A stretch of DNA of 64,000 nt from an uncultured Pelagibacteraceae bacterium (GTDB lineage: Bacteria; Pseudomonadota; Alphaproteobacteria; Pelagibacterales; AG-422-B15): NCBI GenBank assembly GCA_902523535.1, contig CABYZQ010000001.1, forward strand, positions 53,047 to 117,046, given 5' to 3'. Under the pieces are notes generated by a model. That model did no database searches. It was not told the origin of the DNA and saw only the letters and a list, made by a program, of their open reading frames with translations. Of the stretch, positions 42,675 to 53,304 are shown piece by piece; within the stretch, counting starts at the first letter, position 1; each line of letters begins with the position of its first letter. A program made the translations under genes and the position numbers.

Positions 42675-43981
42675 TTAAACTCTATTGGCATTCCATAAAC
42701 TTTTTTTATAATTTTATTATTCCAAAAAACTTTTTTCCCATTAACAATTGTACCAACGGGCCAACCAGTTAATTTTTCTCCGTGAAATGGTGACCAACCA
42801 CATTTACTCTTCATATCTTTATTGAGCACTCTCTTCTCTTTATTCAAATCAACAATGGTGATATCTGCATCGAATCCAACTTTAATTAAGCCTTTATTCT
42901 TAACTTTAAAAATTCTTCTTGGATTGAAACTGGTCAGTTTTACAACATCCATAATAGAGATCATTTTTTTTGAGACTTCATTTAATAAAATAGGTAATAG
43001 TGTTTGGACACCTGGCATTCCTGAGGGACTATTTGGATAAGACTTATTCTTTTCAGATTTTAAATGAGGAGCATGATCAGATCCAATTACATCAATTTTG
43101 CCTTCTTTAAGTGTCTTTCTAAGATATGCCCTATGCTTATTTCCTCTTATTGGCGGATTCATTTGAGCATATGTGCCAATTTTTTTATAACAATCAGGCG
43201 ACGACAATACTAAGTGTTGAGGAGTCACCTCAAAAGTTACATATTTTCTATTTCTTAGAAGTAATTTTACTTCATCAGCAGTTGTAATATGTAAAATATG
43301 AATTTTCTTTTTTGTTAAATTTGCAGATTTAATAAGGTTTTTTGTCGATTTAATTGCAGTTTCAACATTTCTCCACACTTCATGTGACTTAGGTTGACTG
43401 TTTTTAATATATTTCTTTCTTATGTTCAAAAGATCTTCGTCTTCTGAATGGAACGAAATCATTTTTTTAGTATTTTTCATTATATTTTGTATGTCTTTAT
43501 GATTTGAAACTAATAAAGTACCTGTGGAAGATCCTACAAATACTTTTACACCACAGCATCCTCTAAGCTTCGCAACTTTTTTAATTTCAGCAATATTGTC
43601 TTTCTCTGCGCCAAAGTAAAAAGCGTAATTGCAAACCATTCTATTTTTTGCCATTCCTAATTTTTTTGTAAATAATGACTTTGTTGTAATGCTTGGCTTA
43701 TTGTTGGGCATATCAAATACAGACGTAACACCCCCAGCAACTGCTGCGTAGCTGCCTGATTTTAAGTCTTCTTTTTTAGTATTTCCCGGCTCTCTAAAAT
43801 GCACCTGAGTATCAAAAACACCAGGAAGAATATGGAGACCTGATGCGTTAAATCTATCTTTTGATTTAAGATTATTCAAACGGCCGAGCTTGAAGATTTT
43901 TCCGTTTTTAATTGCTATGTCAGTATTGCTAACTTTATTGTGTGAGACCACTGTTCCATTTTCAATTATAAGATCGATCAT
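42671..43981 (-). CDS. dihydroorotase homologue (amidohydrolase, type I-like) with an altered first metal-binding motif
   Basis: DTQVHFREPG (canonical is DxHVHxREPG), FHSEDE, HILHITT and GSDHAPH. Gln replaces the first His. Confidence 0.8.
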   Translation of the reverse strand: MIDLIIENGTVVSHNKVSNTDIAIKNGKIFKLGRLNNLKSKDRFNASGLHILPGVFDTQVHFREPGNTKKEDLKSGSYAAVAGGVTSVFDMPNNKPSITTKSLFTKKLGMAKNRMVCNYAFYFGAEKDNIAEIKKVAKLRGCCGVKVFVGSSTGTLLVSNHKDIQNIMKNTKKMISFHSEDEDLLNIRKKYIKNSQPKSHEVWRNVETAIKSTKNLIKSANLTKKKIHILHITTADEVKLLLRNRKYVTFEVTPQHLVLSSPDCYKKIGTYAQMNPPIRGNKHRAYLRKTLKEGKIDVIGSDHAPHLKSEKNKSYPNSPSGMPGVQTLLPILLNEVSKKMISIMDVVKLTSFNPRRIFKVKNKGLIKVGFDADITIVDLNKEKRVLNKDMKSKCGWSPFHGEKLTGWPVGTIVNGKKVFWNNKIIKKVYGMPIEFN

Positions 43982-44865
43982 AATATTTCTTTTTTTATAG
44001 TATTTAGCACTTTTTCAACAGATAAATTTAGAGGATCATCACTAGCTGGATATTCTAAAGATTTAATAACTTTATGATCTCCCCAAGGCCCATAAACAAT
44101 TTCATTTGTAGGGCCAAACAATGCAAATGTTTTACATTTTGTTGACGCAGCAAGATGCATAAGTCCACTGTCACTTCCAATAAAGAAATTACATTTTTTG
44201 AAAATAGGTATCATATGTCGTAAGTTTCCCCAGTCAAATAGATTGATAATACTTAGTGATGGATCATTAATTAATTTATTAAATTTTTCTACATTTAGAA
44301 TATCTTTTGATATGCCTGTGAATATTAATGTATAATTTTTAAAAAAATCATTTTTGAATAGTTCTGAATATTTCTCGATAGACCAATCTTTCTGCTTCCA
44401 ATTAGAATATGGTGCAACTGCTATAAATGGACCTTCGGTTTTTATCTTTTTTTTACTTTCAGCTTCGTCGATGGCGTCAGACCAAATATAAGGTAATATT
44501 TTTTTTGACGTATTCAGAAAATTTGTAAATTGAATAATTTTGTGAGAATTATCATGACCCTTAAAAACTTTTCGAGACTTTGTAAATAAAAAATAGGCTG
44601 TAATAGATGATCTCATATCAACGACTAAATCCCATTTTTTAAAAATACAAGACTTCCAAATATTTAGCCAATGCAAGCCATATTTTTTTTTATTTATTAC
44701 AATGATTTTTTCAAGATTAGGCATTTTTTCATAAAGATCCCTAGAGAATGGACTGGTGACAATAGTAAATTTAGATTGGTTATTTTGATCAATTAAAAAA
44801 TTTATAATTGATGAAGCTAAAATAGTATCTCCAATTCTTGTAGGTCCTATAAATAAAATGTTCAT
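43978..44865 (-). CDS. glycosyltransferase family 9 (heptosyltransferase-like)
   Basis: N-terminal ILFIGPTRIGD and C-terminal FIGSDSGLMHLAAS...LFGPT motifs. Confidence 0.82.
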   Translation of the reverse strand: MNILFIGPTRIGDTILASSIINFLIDQNNQSKFTIVTSPFSRDLYEKMPNLEKIIVINKKKYGLHWLNIWKSCIFKKWDLVVDMRSSITAYFLFTKSRKVFKGHDNSHKIIQFTNFLNTSKKILPYIWSDAIDEAESKKKIKTEGPFIAVAPYSNWKQKDWSIEKYSELFKNDFFKNYTLIFTGISKDILNVEKFNKLINDPSLSIINLFDWGNLRHMIPIFKKCNFFIGSDSGLMHLAASTKCKTFALFGPTNEIVYGPWGDHKVIKSLEYPASDDPLNLSVEKVLNTIKKEIL

Positions 44866-44896
44866 AATAAGTGTTTATTTATACCATATCTTTATT

Positions 44897-44982
44897 TGGT
44901 GCCGTCGGAGAGACTCGAACTCTCACGAACTATGTTCACTGATCCCTCAAACCAGCCTGTCTACCAATTCCAGCACGACGGC
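44897..44982 (-). tRNA. tRNA-Leu (anticodon GAG)
   Basis: Hand fold: acceptor GCCGTCG/CGACGGC, anticodon stem CTGGT/ATCAG with loop TTGAGGG, long variable arm, T arm GAGAG-TTCGAGT-CTCTC, encoded CCA. Confidence 0.9.
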
Positions 44983-45019
44983 AAATTTCCCTATTTTCTA
45001 AGGATAAGTTGTATTGTTG

Positions 45020-45033
45020 AAATGTATACATTT
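45020..45033. promoter_or_regulatory. 14-bp perfect palindrome AAATGTATACATTT in the spacer of a putative nadA promoter (candidate operator)
   Basis: TTGTTG (45014-45019), a 17-bp spacer, then TATAAT (45037-45042). The palindrome fills the spacer. nadA ATG is at 45073. Confidence 0.45.
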
Positions 45034-45072
45034 AACTATAATTGTAATAATAGATAATAAAAAAAATAATAA

Positions 45073-46092
45073 ATGTTAAGCGAAGAATTAAAATATCCCT
45101 CAAATTTTACTCCTGAAGTTCAAAATGCTACAGCTGAACTTTATAAAGGAGTGGAAAAAGTAATTCCAGCTGTGGAATGGCCATTCCATGCGCCGTTGAT
45201 TCATGAAATTAATAAACTTAAAAAAGAGAGAAACATTGCTATTCTTACACATAACTATCAAACACCTGAGATATTTCATTGTGTTTCAGATATTGTAGGA
45301 GATTCATTAAAGCTTGCTTATGAAGCGAGAGACTCGAAAGCTGAAACAATAATTGTTTGTGGCGTTCATTTTATGGCAGAAACTGCAAAAATCTTAAGTC
45401 CTGATAAAAATGTTTTAATACCAGATATGAGAGCAGGATGTTCACTTGCTGACTCTATTACAGCTGATGATATAAAATTGTTAAAACAAAAATATCCTAA
45501 TGTTCCAGTAGTTACTTATGTCAATACATCCGCAGAAGTGAAAGCTGAAACAGATGTGTGTTGTACGTCTGGTAACGCAAAAAAAGTTGTAGAAGCACTT
45601 GGAACAGAAAGTGTTATATTTTTACCTGATGAGTTTCTAGCAAAAAATGTTGCTGCTCAGACTAATGTAAAAATTATTTCATGGAAAGGGCGATGTGAAG
45701 TGCATGAGAGATTCACAGCTCAAGAAATATTAGCCTATAAAGAACAACATAAAGACATTGTTGTACTTGCCCATCCTGAGTGTTCTCCAGAAGTCGTAGC
45801 TGTTAGTGATTTTGCTGGATCAACAGCTGGTATGAGTAATTATGTAAAAGATAATCAGCCCCAAAAAGTAATAATGGTTACTGAATGTTCAATGAGTGAC
45901 AATGTGGCTATTGAAAATCCTGATGTTGAATTTGTGAGGCCTTGTAATCTATGTCCACATATGAAAAGAATCTCTCTTAAAAAAATTTACGATGCAATTC
46001 GTTTTAATCAATTTCAGATAGAAGTCGACAAAGATATTATTGACCGAGCTCGGTTATCAATTGATAGGATGTTGGAAATTGGAAGAAGCTAA
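45073..46092 (+). CDS. nadA: quinolinate synthase NadA
   Basis: [29 protein letters not shown] and TECSM motifs. Confidence 0.95.
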   Translation: MLSEELKYPSNFTPEVQNATAELYKGVEKVIPAVEWPFHAPLIHEINKLKKERNIAILTHNYQTPEIFHCVSDIVGDSLKLAYEARDSKAETIIVCGVHFMAETAKILSPDKNVLIPDMRAGCSLADSITADDIKLLKQKYPNVPVVTYVNTSAEVKAETDVCCTSGNAKKVVEALGTESVIFLPDEFLAKNVAAQTNVKIISWKGRCEVHERFTAQEILAYKEQHKDIVVLAHPECSPEVVAVSDFAGSTAGMSNYVKDNQPQKVIMVTECSMSDNVAIENPDVEFVRPCNLCPHMKRISLKKIYDAIRFNQFQIEVDKDIIDRARLSIDRMLEIGRS

Positions 46093-46094
46093 TT

Positions 46095-47708
46095 ATGGCT
46101 GACTCTATTTATAGACCAGACGTGGTTATCGTGGGAGGTGGTGTAGCTGGACTAACCACAGCGCTTAACCTTGCACCACGAAAAGTATGCATTATTACTA
46201 AAAGTACTCTAGGAGTGAATACCTCAAGTATGTGGGCTCAAGGTGGAATTGCTGCTGCAGTTGGAATTAATGATAGTGTCAAGAGTCATATTGAAGATAC
46301 AGTAGCAACTGCAAAAGGGCTTGCTGATGAGAATGTCATTGTCAAAGTAGTCAATGAGGCAAAAAATATTATTAATGATCTTGAGAGCTTTGGTGTGAAC
46401 TTTGATAAAAATGATGATGGCTCTTTTGATTTAGGATTAGAAGCAGCTCATAGCAGTAACCGAATAGTAAGGTCAAAAGGCGATAGTTCTGGTATTGAAA
46501 TTATGAGAGGATTAATAGAAAAAGTTAATGATTGTAATAATATTACTGTTTTAGAAAACGTCTCAATTGACAGCGTTATGTCAGAAAATAACACTATTCA
46601 TGGAGTTATTGGAAGATTGGCTCAAGATAATATTCCAGATAATCATGTCATTATTGAATGTTCAAATGTTGTACTTGCAACTGGGGGTCTTGGAGGAATA
46701 TTTGCAAATACAACTAACCCGAGAAGCTCTTATGGTGAGGGAATAGCCCTTGCTGCTCAAGCAGGTGCAGTTTTAACAGATATGGAGTTTATTCAATTCC
46801 ACCCAACAGGACTTGATTTCGGTTTGGACCCCACTCCACTTGCTACTGAAGCCATTAGGGGTGACGGCGCTTATCTAGTTAACCAAAATGAAGAAAGGTT
46901 TATGCTCGGGGTTCATCCAGAAAATGAGTTAGCACCCAGAGACCTAGTTGCTCAAAATTTATTTAAACAAATTGAGCAAGGCAACTCTGTCTTTCTTGAT
47001 TGCCGCAAGGTGAGTAGTGAATTTGAAACAAAATACCCTCAAGTTGCATCGTACTGTCAAGCAGCAGGCCTTAATCCAAAAAAAGATTTGTTACCAATAC
47101 TTCCAGTCGCTCACTATCACATTGGAGGAATTAAAACAGACTTGGAAGGAAAAACTTCAATAGAAGGGCTTTGGTGTTGTGGTGAAGTTGCCGCAACAGG
47201 AATACATGGTGCAAATCGTTTAGCTTCTAATTCATTACTTGAGTCTATGGTGTTTGGAAGAATTGTTGCAAAAAATATAAATAGCTTACCAATTAAAAGA
47301 GTAAATAAAATTAATCCTGACTTCATAAGAATGCATAAAGAAAAAACTAAGAATAGAATCAGAGCAAGGAAATATATTTGGCAACTTCGTTCTTCTATGA
47401 TGAGAAATATTGGTATTGTAAGAAACCATAGCTCAATTGTAAGGGGGCTTCATGATATTCTTAAGATTGAACGAGAGTCGAAAGGGCTGTCTGCTAAGCT
47501 AAATGATATGATACTAGTAAGTAAATTTATAATTATTGGAGCGTATTTGAGAAAAGAAAGTAGAGGATGCCACTTAAGATCTGACTATAAAGAAACAGAA
47601 GATAATTTTATTCTGCATTTTGATCTCAAATTATCAGATTTAGATAGCAAAATCACAGAGATCTTAAATTTGACTGATAACGCAAATCATAAACAAGTTG
47701 TTAACTAA
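46095..47708 (+). CDS. nadB: L-aspartate oxidase NadB
   Basis: VVIVGGGVAGL, AQGGIAA, FHPT, HYHIGGI and GANRLASNSLLE motifs. Confidence 0.95.
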   Translation: MADSIYRPDVVIVGGGVAGLTTALNLAPRKVCIITKSTLGVNTSSMWAQGGIAAAVGINDSVKSHIEDTVATAKGLADENVIVKVVNEAKNIINDLESFGVNFDKNDDGSFDLGLEAAHSSNRIVRSKGDSSGIEIMRGLIEKVNDCNNITVLENVSIDSVMSENNTIHGVIGRLAQDNIPDNHVIIECSNVVLATGGLGGIFANTTNPRSSYGEGIALAAQAGAVLTDMEFIQFHPTGLDFGLDPTPLATEAIRGDGAYLVNQNEERFMLGVHPENELAPRDLVAQNLFKQIEQGNSVFLDCRKVSSEFETKYPQVASYCQAAGLNPKKDLLPILPVAHYHIGGIKTDLEGKTSIEGLWCCGEVAATGIHGANRLASNSLLESMVFGRIVAKNINSLPIKRVNKINPDFIRMHKEKTKNRIRARKYIWQLRSSMMRNIGIVRNHSSIVRGLHDILKIERESKGLSAKLNDMILVSKFIIIGAYLRKESRGCHLRSDYKETEDNFILHFDLKLSDLDSKITEILNLTDNANHKQVVN

Positions 47709-48528
47709 AAAATATATAAACCAGCTAATACTTACTGCTCTCTTGGAAGACATGGGAAGAGAGGGCGATATAACATCAAAAGTATTAATTCCTAAATCAT
47801 CTATCTCAAAAGCAACAATTGTTGTCAAAGAAAGAGCTGTAATATGTGGTGTTAAATTTGCTGAACAGACCTTTAAAAAATTAGATAAGTCACTAAAAAT
47901 TAAAATTTTTAAAAAAGATGGCGAACTCGTAAGCAAGGGAGAAAAAATAATTACAATTTTAGGAAAAACACAAAATATCTTAACTGCGGAAAGAACTGCG
48001 CTAAACTTTTTAGGCTTAATGTCTGGTATTGCTTCTAAAGCAAAAAAATTTTCAGATATAGCTAATCCATATGGCTCAAAAATCTATTCTACTCGTAAAA
48101 CTATTGCTGGCATTCGTAAACTTGAAAAATATGCACTAACAATCGGAGGGGCTTATATTAATAGAGAAACACTTGATGATTTCTTTTTCATTAAAGATAA
48201 TCATTTGAAGAAAAATTCTGACATAAAAGAATGTATTCACAAACTTAAGCGGTTTAATCCAAGCAAAAAAATCACAGTTGAAGTAGATAATATAAGTCAG
48301 CTTAAAGAAATTATTGATCAAAAAATTGAGGTAGTTTTATTAGACAATATGACCCCAAACCAGGTCAAAAATTGTCTTAAAATTGTAAATGGTAGATTTG
48401 AATGTGAAGCATCTGGAAAAATAAATTTAAAAAATCTTTTGTCTTATGCAATGACAAAAGTAGACCGCATCTCTATAGGCCAGCTTACTCACAGTATTGA
48501 TAATGTGGATTTTGGATTAGATTTCTGA
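47698..48528 (+). CDS. nadC: nicotinate-nucleotide pyrophosphorylase (carboxylating) NadC
   Basis: ALLEDMGREGDITS, TAERTALNFL, TRKT and IKDNH motifs. TTG start overlaps the nadB 3' end. Confidence 0.92.
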   Translation: MLTKKYINQLILTALLEDMGREGDITSKVLIPKSSISKATIVVKERAVICGVKFAEQTFKKLDKSLKIKIFKKDGELVSKGEKIITILGKTQNILTAERTALNFLGLMSGIASKAKKFSDIANPYGSKIYSTRKTIAGIRKLEKYALTIGGAYINRETLDDFFFIKDNHLKKNSDIKECIHKLKRFNPSKKITVEVDNISQLKEIIDQKIEVVLLDNMTPNQVKNCLKIVNGRFECEASGKINLKNLLSYAMTKVDRISIGQLTHSIDNVDFGLDF

Positions 48529-48987
48529 ATGTACAGCAGATCAATCATTCCTGATGAATTTAATGCTCCAACAGAATATATAACCGAAAAATTTGTATTA
48601 CGTCCACTCACAATTGAGTATGTAAATGAAGACTACGAAGTTGTAATGAGTAGCGTAGATCATCTTTATAAAATGATGGATAACAGTGAATGGCCTAAAG
48701 GATTATCTTTGAAAGAAAATTTAGTTGATCTCGGTTGGCATCAAAGAGAGTTTACCTTAGGTCATTCTTTCGCATATACTGTTTTATCTCCAGAAAGTAA
48801 TAAAATTATAGGCTGCTGTTATATTTATCCATCAGCAAATACTCAATATGAAGTTCAAGTATTTTACTGGATCAAAGAAAGTCTTTTGGGAGAGGGTCTT
48901 GAGCCTGAACTAGGAGTCGCAATTAAAAATTGGTTAAATGAATCTTGGCCGTTCAAAACATTTAATTTTCCCGGAAGAAATGTTTAA
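48529..48987 (+). CDS. small GNAT-like acetyltransferase-fold protein, translationally abutting nadC
   Basis: The pattern LRPLT...DYEVVMSS..HL...WP...HQREF..GHSFAYTVL...IIGCCYIYP resembles a GNAT subfamily from memory. The ATG directly follows the nadC TGA. Confidence 0.5.
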   Translation: MYSRSIIPDEFNAPTEYITEKFVLRPLTIEYVNEDYEVVMSSVDHLYKMMDNSEWPKGLSLKENLVDLGWHQREFTLGHSFAYTVLSPESNKIIGCCYIYPSANTQYEVQVFYWIKESLLGEGLEPELGVAIKNWLNESWPFKTFNFPGRNV

Positions 48988-50346
48988 TTATTCAAAAATT
49001 TTTTGGTACTCAGCTATAAGTTCTTTTATTGAGACTCTTTTTTGCTGCATAGTATCACGGTTTCTTATTGTGACCGTTTCATCTTCTAAGGTTTCGAAAT
49101 CAACAGTTATACATATGGGAGTACCAATTTCATCATGCCTTCTGTAACCTTTGCCAATATTTCCTGAATTTTCTAAAATTACTCTACCCAATCCAAGTGA
49201 TTGTAGGTCTTTTTTTATGTTCCTCGCTTTATTTACTAGTTCTTCATTGTTCCTCTTGAGGGGAATAATGGCAGCTTTGACTGGAGATAAATGAGGTTTA
49301 AGTGCTAACACAATTCGCGTATTATCATTTTCTAGCTTTTCTTCGCGGTAAGCTTCATTTAAAAGTGCTAAGACTCCCCTATCAACCCCAGCTGATGGCT
49401 CAATCACGTAAGGTATAAACCAATCTTTACTCTCAGAATTTTGAACAGCAAGTTTTGTAGTTGAATCTTTATTTTCCATAACTTCTGCAGAAATTTTAAA
49501 GTCACTCTGATTTTTTGTGTGTGAGCCTAAATCAAAATCTGTTCTATTAGCTATTCCCTCTAATTCTTCTAAGCCGTGAGGAAATTCATACATCAAATCT
49601 ACAGTTGCTTTTGAGTAATGAGATAAATCGCTATTTTCTACATTTAGTTTTTTTAGATTACTGGGATCGATTCCTTGATGAACCCACCAATCGTACCTTT
49701 GTGCGACCCAGTAGTCATGCCACGTTTCATCTTTTCCAGGTTCAACAAAAAATTCAAGCTCCATTTGTTCAAACTCTCGAACTCGAAAAATAAATTTTCC
49801 TGGGGTCACTTCGTTTCTGAATGCTTTGCCTATCTGTGCAATGCCAAAAGGTACTACTTTATTCGTAGAGTCTAAAATATTTTTGAAATTAGTGAATATT
49901 TGTTGTGCAGTCTCAGGCCGTAAGTATGCATAGTTACTACCATCATCAACTGGTCCAACAGCAGTTTTGAACATTAAATTGAAAGGCCTTGGATCAGTTA
50001 AATCTATTGAACCACACTGAGGACATTTATTGTCATTATGATGGTCAGCTCTAAATCTATGATTACAACTTTTACAATCAACTAGTGGGTCAGAAAATGT
50101 GTCTTCGTGTCCTGAGTGTTTAAGAACTTGCTTTCCCGTTAAGATAGATGCATCCAGGCCCTCGACATCATCCCTTTCATAAATCATAGATTTCCACCAG
50201 GACAATTTAAGGTTATTCTTTAATTCGACACCAAGTGGCCCGTAATCATAAATTCCCTGAAGTCCTCCGTAAATCTCATTAGATTGGAATATAAAGCCTC
50301 GTCTTTTACAAAGAGAAACAAGTTCTTCCATATTTTTAGAGACCAT
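48988..50346 (-). CDS. glyQS: glycine-tRNA ligase, homodimeric (GlyQS / class IIa alpha2) type
   Basis: N-terminus [34 protein letters not shown], single-chain 452 aa, C-terminal anticodon-binding domain pattern. Confidence 0.9.
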   Translation of the reverse strand: MVSKNMEELVSLCKRRGFIFQSNEIYGGLQGIYDYGPLGVELKNNLKLSWWKSMIYERDDVEGLDASILTGKQVLKHSGHEDTFSDPLVDCKSCNHRFRADHHNDNKCPQCGSIDLTDPRPFNLMFKTAVGPVDDGSNYAYLRPETAQQIFTNFKNILDSTNKVVPFGIAQIGKAFRNEVTPGKFIFRVREFEQMELEFFVEPGKDETWHDYWVAQRYDWWVHQGIDPSNLKKLNVENSDLSHYSKATVDLMYEFPHGLEELEGIANRTDFDLGSHTKNQSDFKISAEVMENKDSTTKLAVQNSESKDWFIPYVIEPSAGVDRGVLALLNEAYREEKLENDNTRIVLALKPHLSPVKAAIIPLKRNNEELVNKARNIKKDLQSLGLGRVILENSGNIGKGYRRHDEIGTPICITVDFETLEDETVTIRNRDTMQQKRVSIKELIAEYQKIFE

Positions 50347-51142
50347 AACGACTCCAAAAAGAGTTTTCCTTTATTGCCTGTATAAATTGGTCAACCAGAT
50401 CATTAGAGCCGTATCTACTACTGAATAAATTTTTTATAAAAGATTTTTTTTCTTCAATATGTCTTATCTTTATTTTTTTTCCATAATGTTTTTCTAGATA
50501 GGAATTCAAATTTTCATTAGAGTCCACTAATCCAATGTTTTTTCCTTGTTCTCCGGTCCAGAATTCACCATTGAAAACTTGAGTAGGCTTAATCTTCTTT
50601 TTTCTACTCTTTAGGACTAAGTCTTTAAAATTTTCAAAAATGCTATCTTGAACCTTTATTAATTTTGATACATCTTTTTTTGATACTTCCTCAAAAGGAT
50701 CTAAAAATGATTTACGATCTCCTTTAGTAAAAACTCTTCTTTTAATACCAACTTTATCAATAAGTTTTTTAAATCCAAAAGATGCACTAATAACTCCTAT
50801 TGACCCAACGATAGAACTTTTATTTGCCAAGAGAATATCTCCTGCACACATTAGCATATAGCCTCCTGAGGCGGCGACATCTTCAGCAATAGTGATCACT
50901 TTTACTTTATTTCTGCTTGAAAGAGTTTTAATTCTATCATAAATCAACTCTGATTGAACTGGAGACCCGCCAGGAGAATTAATTTTGATAACAACAACGT
51001 TTGGTTTTTTATAAGTAAAAGTTTTATCAAGTATGTTTGAACAATTTTCAAGGGTTAGTCCTTTTTGGAACCTACCAAGGTCACCAATTACTCCTCGTAA
51101 GCCAACAATATTAATGCGAGTTTTAGTTGAAAAGATGCTCAT
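50336..51142 (-). CDS. sppA: signal peptide peptidase SppA, 36K type (S49 family)
   Basis: INSPGGS and AASGGYM motifs of S49 peptidases. Confidence 0.85.
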   Translation of the reverse strand: MSIFSTKTRINIVGLRGVIGDLGRFQKGLTLENCSNILDKTFTYKKPNVVVIKINSPGGSPVQSELIYDRIKTLSSRNKVKVITIAEDVAASGGYMLMCAGDILLANKSSIVGSIGVISASFGFKKLIDKVGIKRRVFTKGDRKSFLDPFEEVSKKDVSKLIKVQDSIFENFKDLVLKSRKKKIKPTQVFNGEFWTGEQGKNIGLVDSNENLNSYLEKHYGKKIKIRHIEEKKSFIKNLFSSRYGSNDLVDQFIQAIKENSFWSRYGL

Positions 51143-51237
51143 ATTTGAAATTATTTACCAGAAATCTATAACTTTTAATTATACGAGACTATATTATAAC
51201 TACAGCAAAATATAAAACAAAAACATTAGTTTATTAA

Positions 51238-52218
51238 ATGAGTCATCCTATTCATGCCCTTTCAAAAACCTTAAGACCCTCTCTAAAAAGAGTTAATAAA
51301 GAAATCAAAGACAATATAAAGGATGAGGAAAAACTCATAACTGCAACGGCTGGTCACTTGCTAAATTCGGATGGAAAGAAAATTCGACCACTCCTAACAC
51401 TTATTATTTCCAGAATGCTAAAATATAGAGGTAGTGCCGATGTGACGCTGGCAGTTTGCATTGAATTTATACATAACGCAACTTTATTGCACGATGACGT
51501 TATAGATACTGGAAAAATACGCAGAGGCAAGAAAAGTGCTAATGAAATTTGGGGCAATAAGGTTAGTGTCCTTGTTGGAGACTATCTATTAAGTAAGGCA
51601 TTTAAACTCATGGTCAAAAATAAATCACTTAAGCTTTTAGAAATTTTATCACAAACCTCGCTCGTGCTAGCGAGAGGTCAAATACAAGATGTTGGCAATG
51701 CCCAAAACATAAAATTGAGTGAGAAAAAATACCTATCAATTATTAATGCTAAAACAGCAGAGCTGTTTAGAGTGTCATGTTTTCTTCCAACCATAATTAC
51801 ACAACAAAATAAAAAAATTCAAAAAATATTTAATGACTTTGGATATTATTTTGGCATGTCGTTTCAGTTGTCAGATGATATTTTAGATTATTTCGGACAT
51901 TCAAATAAAATGGGTAAATCAATTGGGAAGGATTTTTATGAAGGAAAAGTCACTTATCCTGTGATCCGATGCTTTAAAGACTCTGATCAGAAATCAAAAG
52001 TAATTATCGCAAAACTATTTCTTAAAAAAAAAAGAAATAAGAAAGATCTTGCCGTTATACTAAAATTAATGGAAAAAACTGACTCTTATCAAAAGTCGAT
52101 TGATTTTCTGCTCAAATATAATGAAAAAGCAAAGTCGAGTATTAATAAATTTGAAGATAATAGATATAAGGTGTATCTTACAAATTTAGTAGATAATTTG
52201 GCGATAAGAGAAAAGTAA
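51238..52218 (+). CDS. ispB: polyprenyl (octaprenyl-like) diphosphate synthase
   Basis: First DDxxD in LLHDDVIDTGKIRRG and second in QLSDDILD; about 325 aa long-chain type. Confidence 0.88.
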   Translation: MSHPIHALSKTLRPSLKRVNKEIKDNIKDEEKLITATAGHLLNSDGKKIRPLLTLIISRMLKYRGSADVTLAVCIEFIHNATLLHDDVIDTGKIRRGKKSANEIWGNKVSVLVGDYLLSKAFKLMVKNKSLKLLEILSQTSLVLARGQIQDVGNAQNIKLSEKKYLSIINAKTAELFRVSCFLPTIITQQNKKIQKIFNDFGYYFGMSFQLSDDILDYFGHSNKMGKSIGKDFYEGKVTYPVIRCFKDSDQKSKVIIAKLFLKKKRNKKDLAVILKLMEKTDSYQKSIDFLLKYNEKAKSSINKFEDNRYKVYLTNLVDNLAIREK

Positions 52219-52221
52219 ACC

Positions 52222-53304
52222 ATGTCATATAATACATTTGGAAAATTATTTCGTTTTACCACTTGGGGAGAGTCCCACGGTGAAGCTATTGGCTGTGTAA
52301 TCGATGGATGCCCTCCAATGATTCCGCTTAATGAGAAAGATATTCAAAAATATTTGGATATGAGAAAGCCTGGAACCTCTCGTTTTGTAACTCAGAGGAA
52401 AGAAGATGATAAGGTTTCTATTCTCTCTGGGGTTTTTGACGGCAAAACAACTGGTACACCTATTTTGCTCTTAATCTGGAATAAGGATCAAAAATCGAAA
52501 GATTATACTGAAATAAGGAATAAATTTAGACCTGGCCATGCAGATATTACTTACTTTCTTAAATACGGAATAAGAGACTACCGCGGAGGTGGTCGCTCGT
52601 CAGCTCGAGAAACAGCTAGTCGTGTTGCAGCAGGAGCGGTAGCCAGAAAAGTTATCAGTCATCTTTCAAAGAAAAAGATATTGATACAAGGGGCAGTAAC
52701 GCAAATTGGAAAGATGAGCATAAACCCTAGACATTTTAAATGGAATGAAGTTCGTAAAAATAGTTTCTTTTGTCCTGACAAAAAGATCATACCGACATGG
52801 GAAGAATATCTAGATGTTACACGTAAAAATGGAACTTCTTTAGGTGCAAGAATACTCGTAAATGTAAAGAATGTTCCTTCAGGACTTGGTGAACCTATAT
52901 ACGGCAAATTAGATGCTGAATTAGCATCTGCAATGATGAGCATCAATGCGATTAAAGGAGTTGAGATTGGTTTAGGAAATGAGTCTGTTGAAATCACTGG
53001 TGATGAAAATTCAGATGAAATACAAGCAAACGGTAAGAAAATTTCCTTTTCATCGAATAATTCTGGTGGCATTTTAGGAGGTATTTCAAGCGGTCAAGAT
53101 ATCAATATAAGTATTGCGGTGAAACCAACATCTTCAATCTTAAAAACAAAAAAGACGATTAATAATAGGTTAAAGAATACAACTATATCCACAAAAGGAA
53201 GGCACGATCCATGTGTGGGTTTAAGGGCAGTTCCAATTGCTGAAGCAATGACAGCATGTGTTTTAGCTGACCATATCATGCGCAACAAAGCTCAGTGTGG
53301 CTAA
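52222..53304 (+). CDS. aroC: chorismate synthase
   Basis: [18 protein letters not shown] and GRHDPCV motifs. Confidence 0.96.
   Translation: MSYNTFGKLFRFTTWGESHGEAIGCVIDGCPPMIPLNEKDIQKYLDMRKPGTSRFVTQRKEDDKVSILSGVFDGKTTGTPILLLIWNKDQKSKDYTEIRNKFRPGHADITYFLKYGIRDYRGGGRSSARETASRVAAGAVARKVISHLSKKKILIQGAVTQIGKMSINPRHFKWNEVRKNSFFCPDKKIIPTWEEYLDVTRKNGTSLGARILVNVKNVPSGLGEPIYGKLDAELASAMMSINAIKGVEIGLGNESVEITGDENSDEIQANGKKISFSSNNSGGILGGISSGQDINISIAVKPTSSILKTKKTINNRLKNTTISTKGRHDPCVGLRAVPIAEAMTACVLADHIMRNKAQCG

Noticed and set aside
52659-53072. 137-aa ORF antisense to aroC. Many other nested 60-99-aa ORFs appear in the track, for example 1150-1449, 2744-2941, 3000-3200, 5194-5448, 8195-8389, 10448-10654, 11428-11955, 12320-12553, 26621-26860, 29655-30140, 40875-41099, 41607-41855, 47664-47936, 49605-49875, 58994-59242, 59527-59754 and 62941-63213.
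   Set aside because: All are embedded in, and antisense or out of frame to, strongly supported conserved genes. AT-rich DNA with few stop codons in some antisense frames produces such ORFs by chance.
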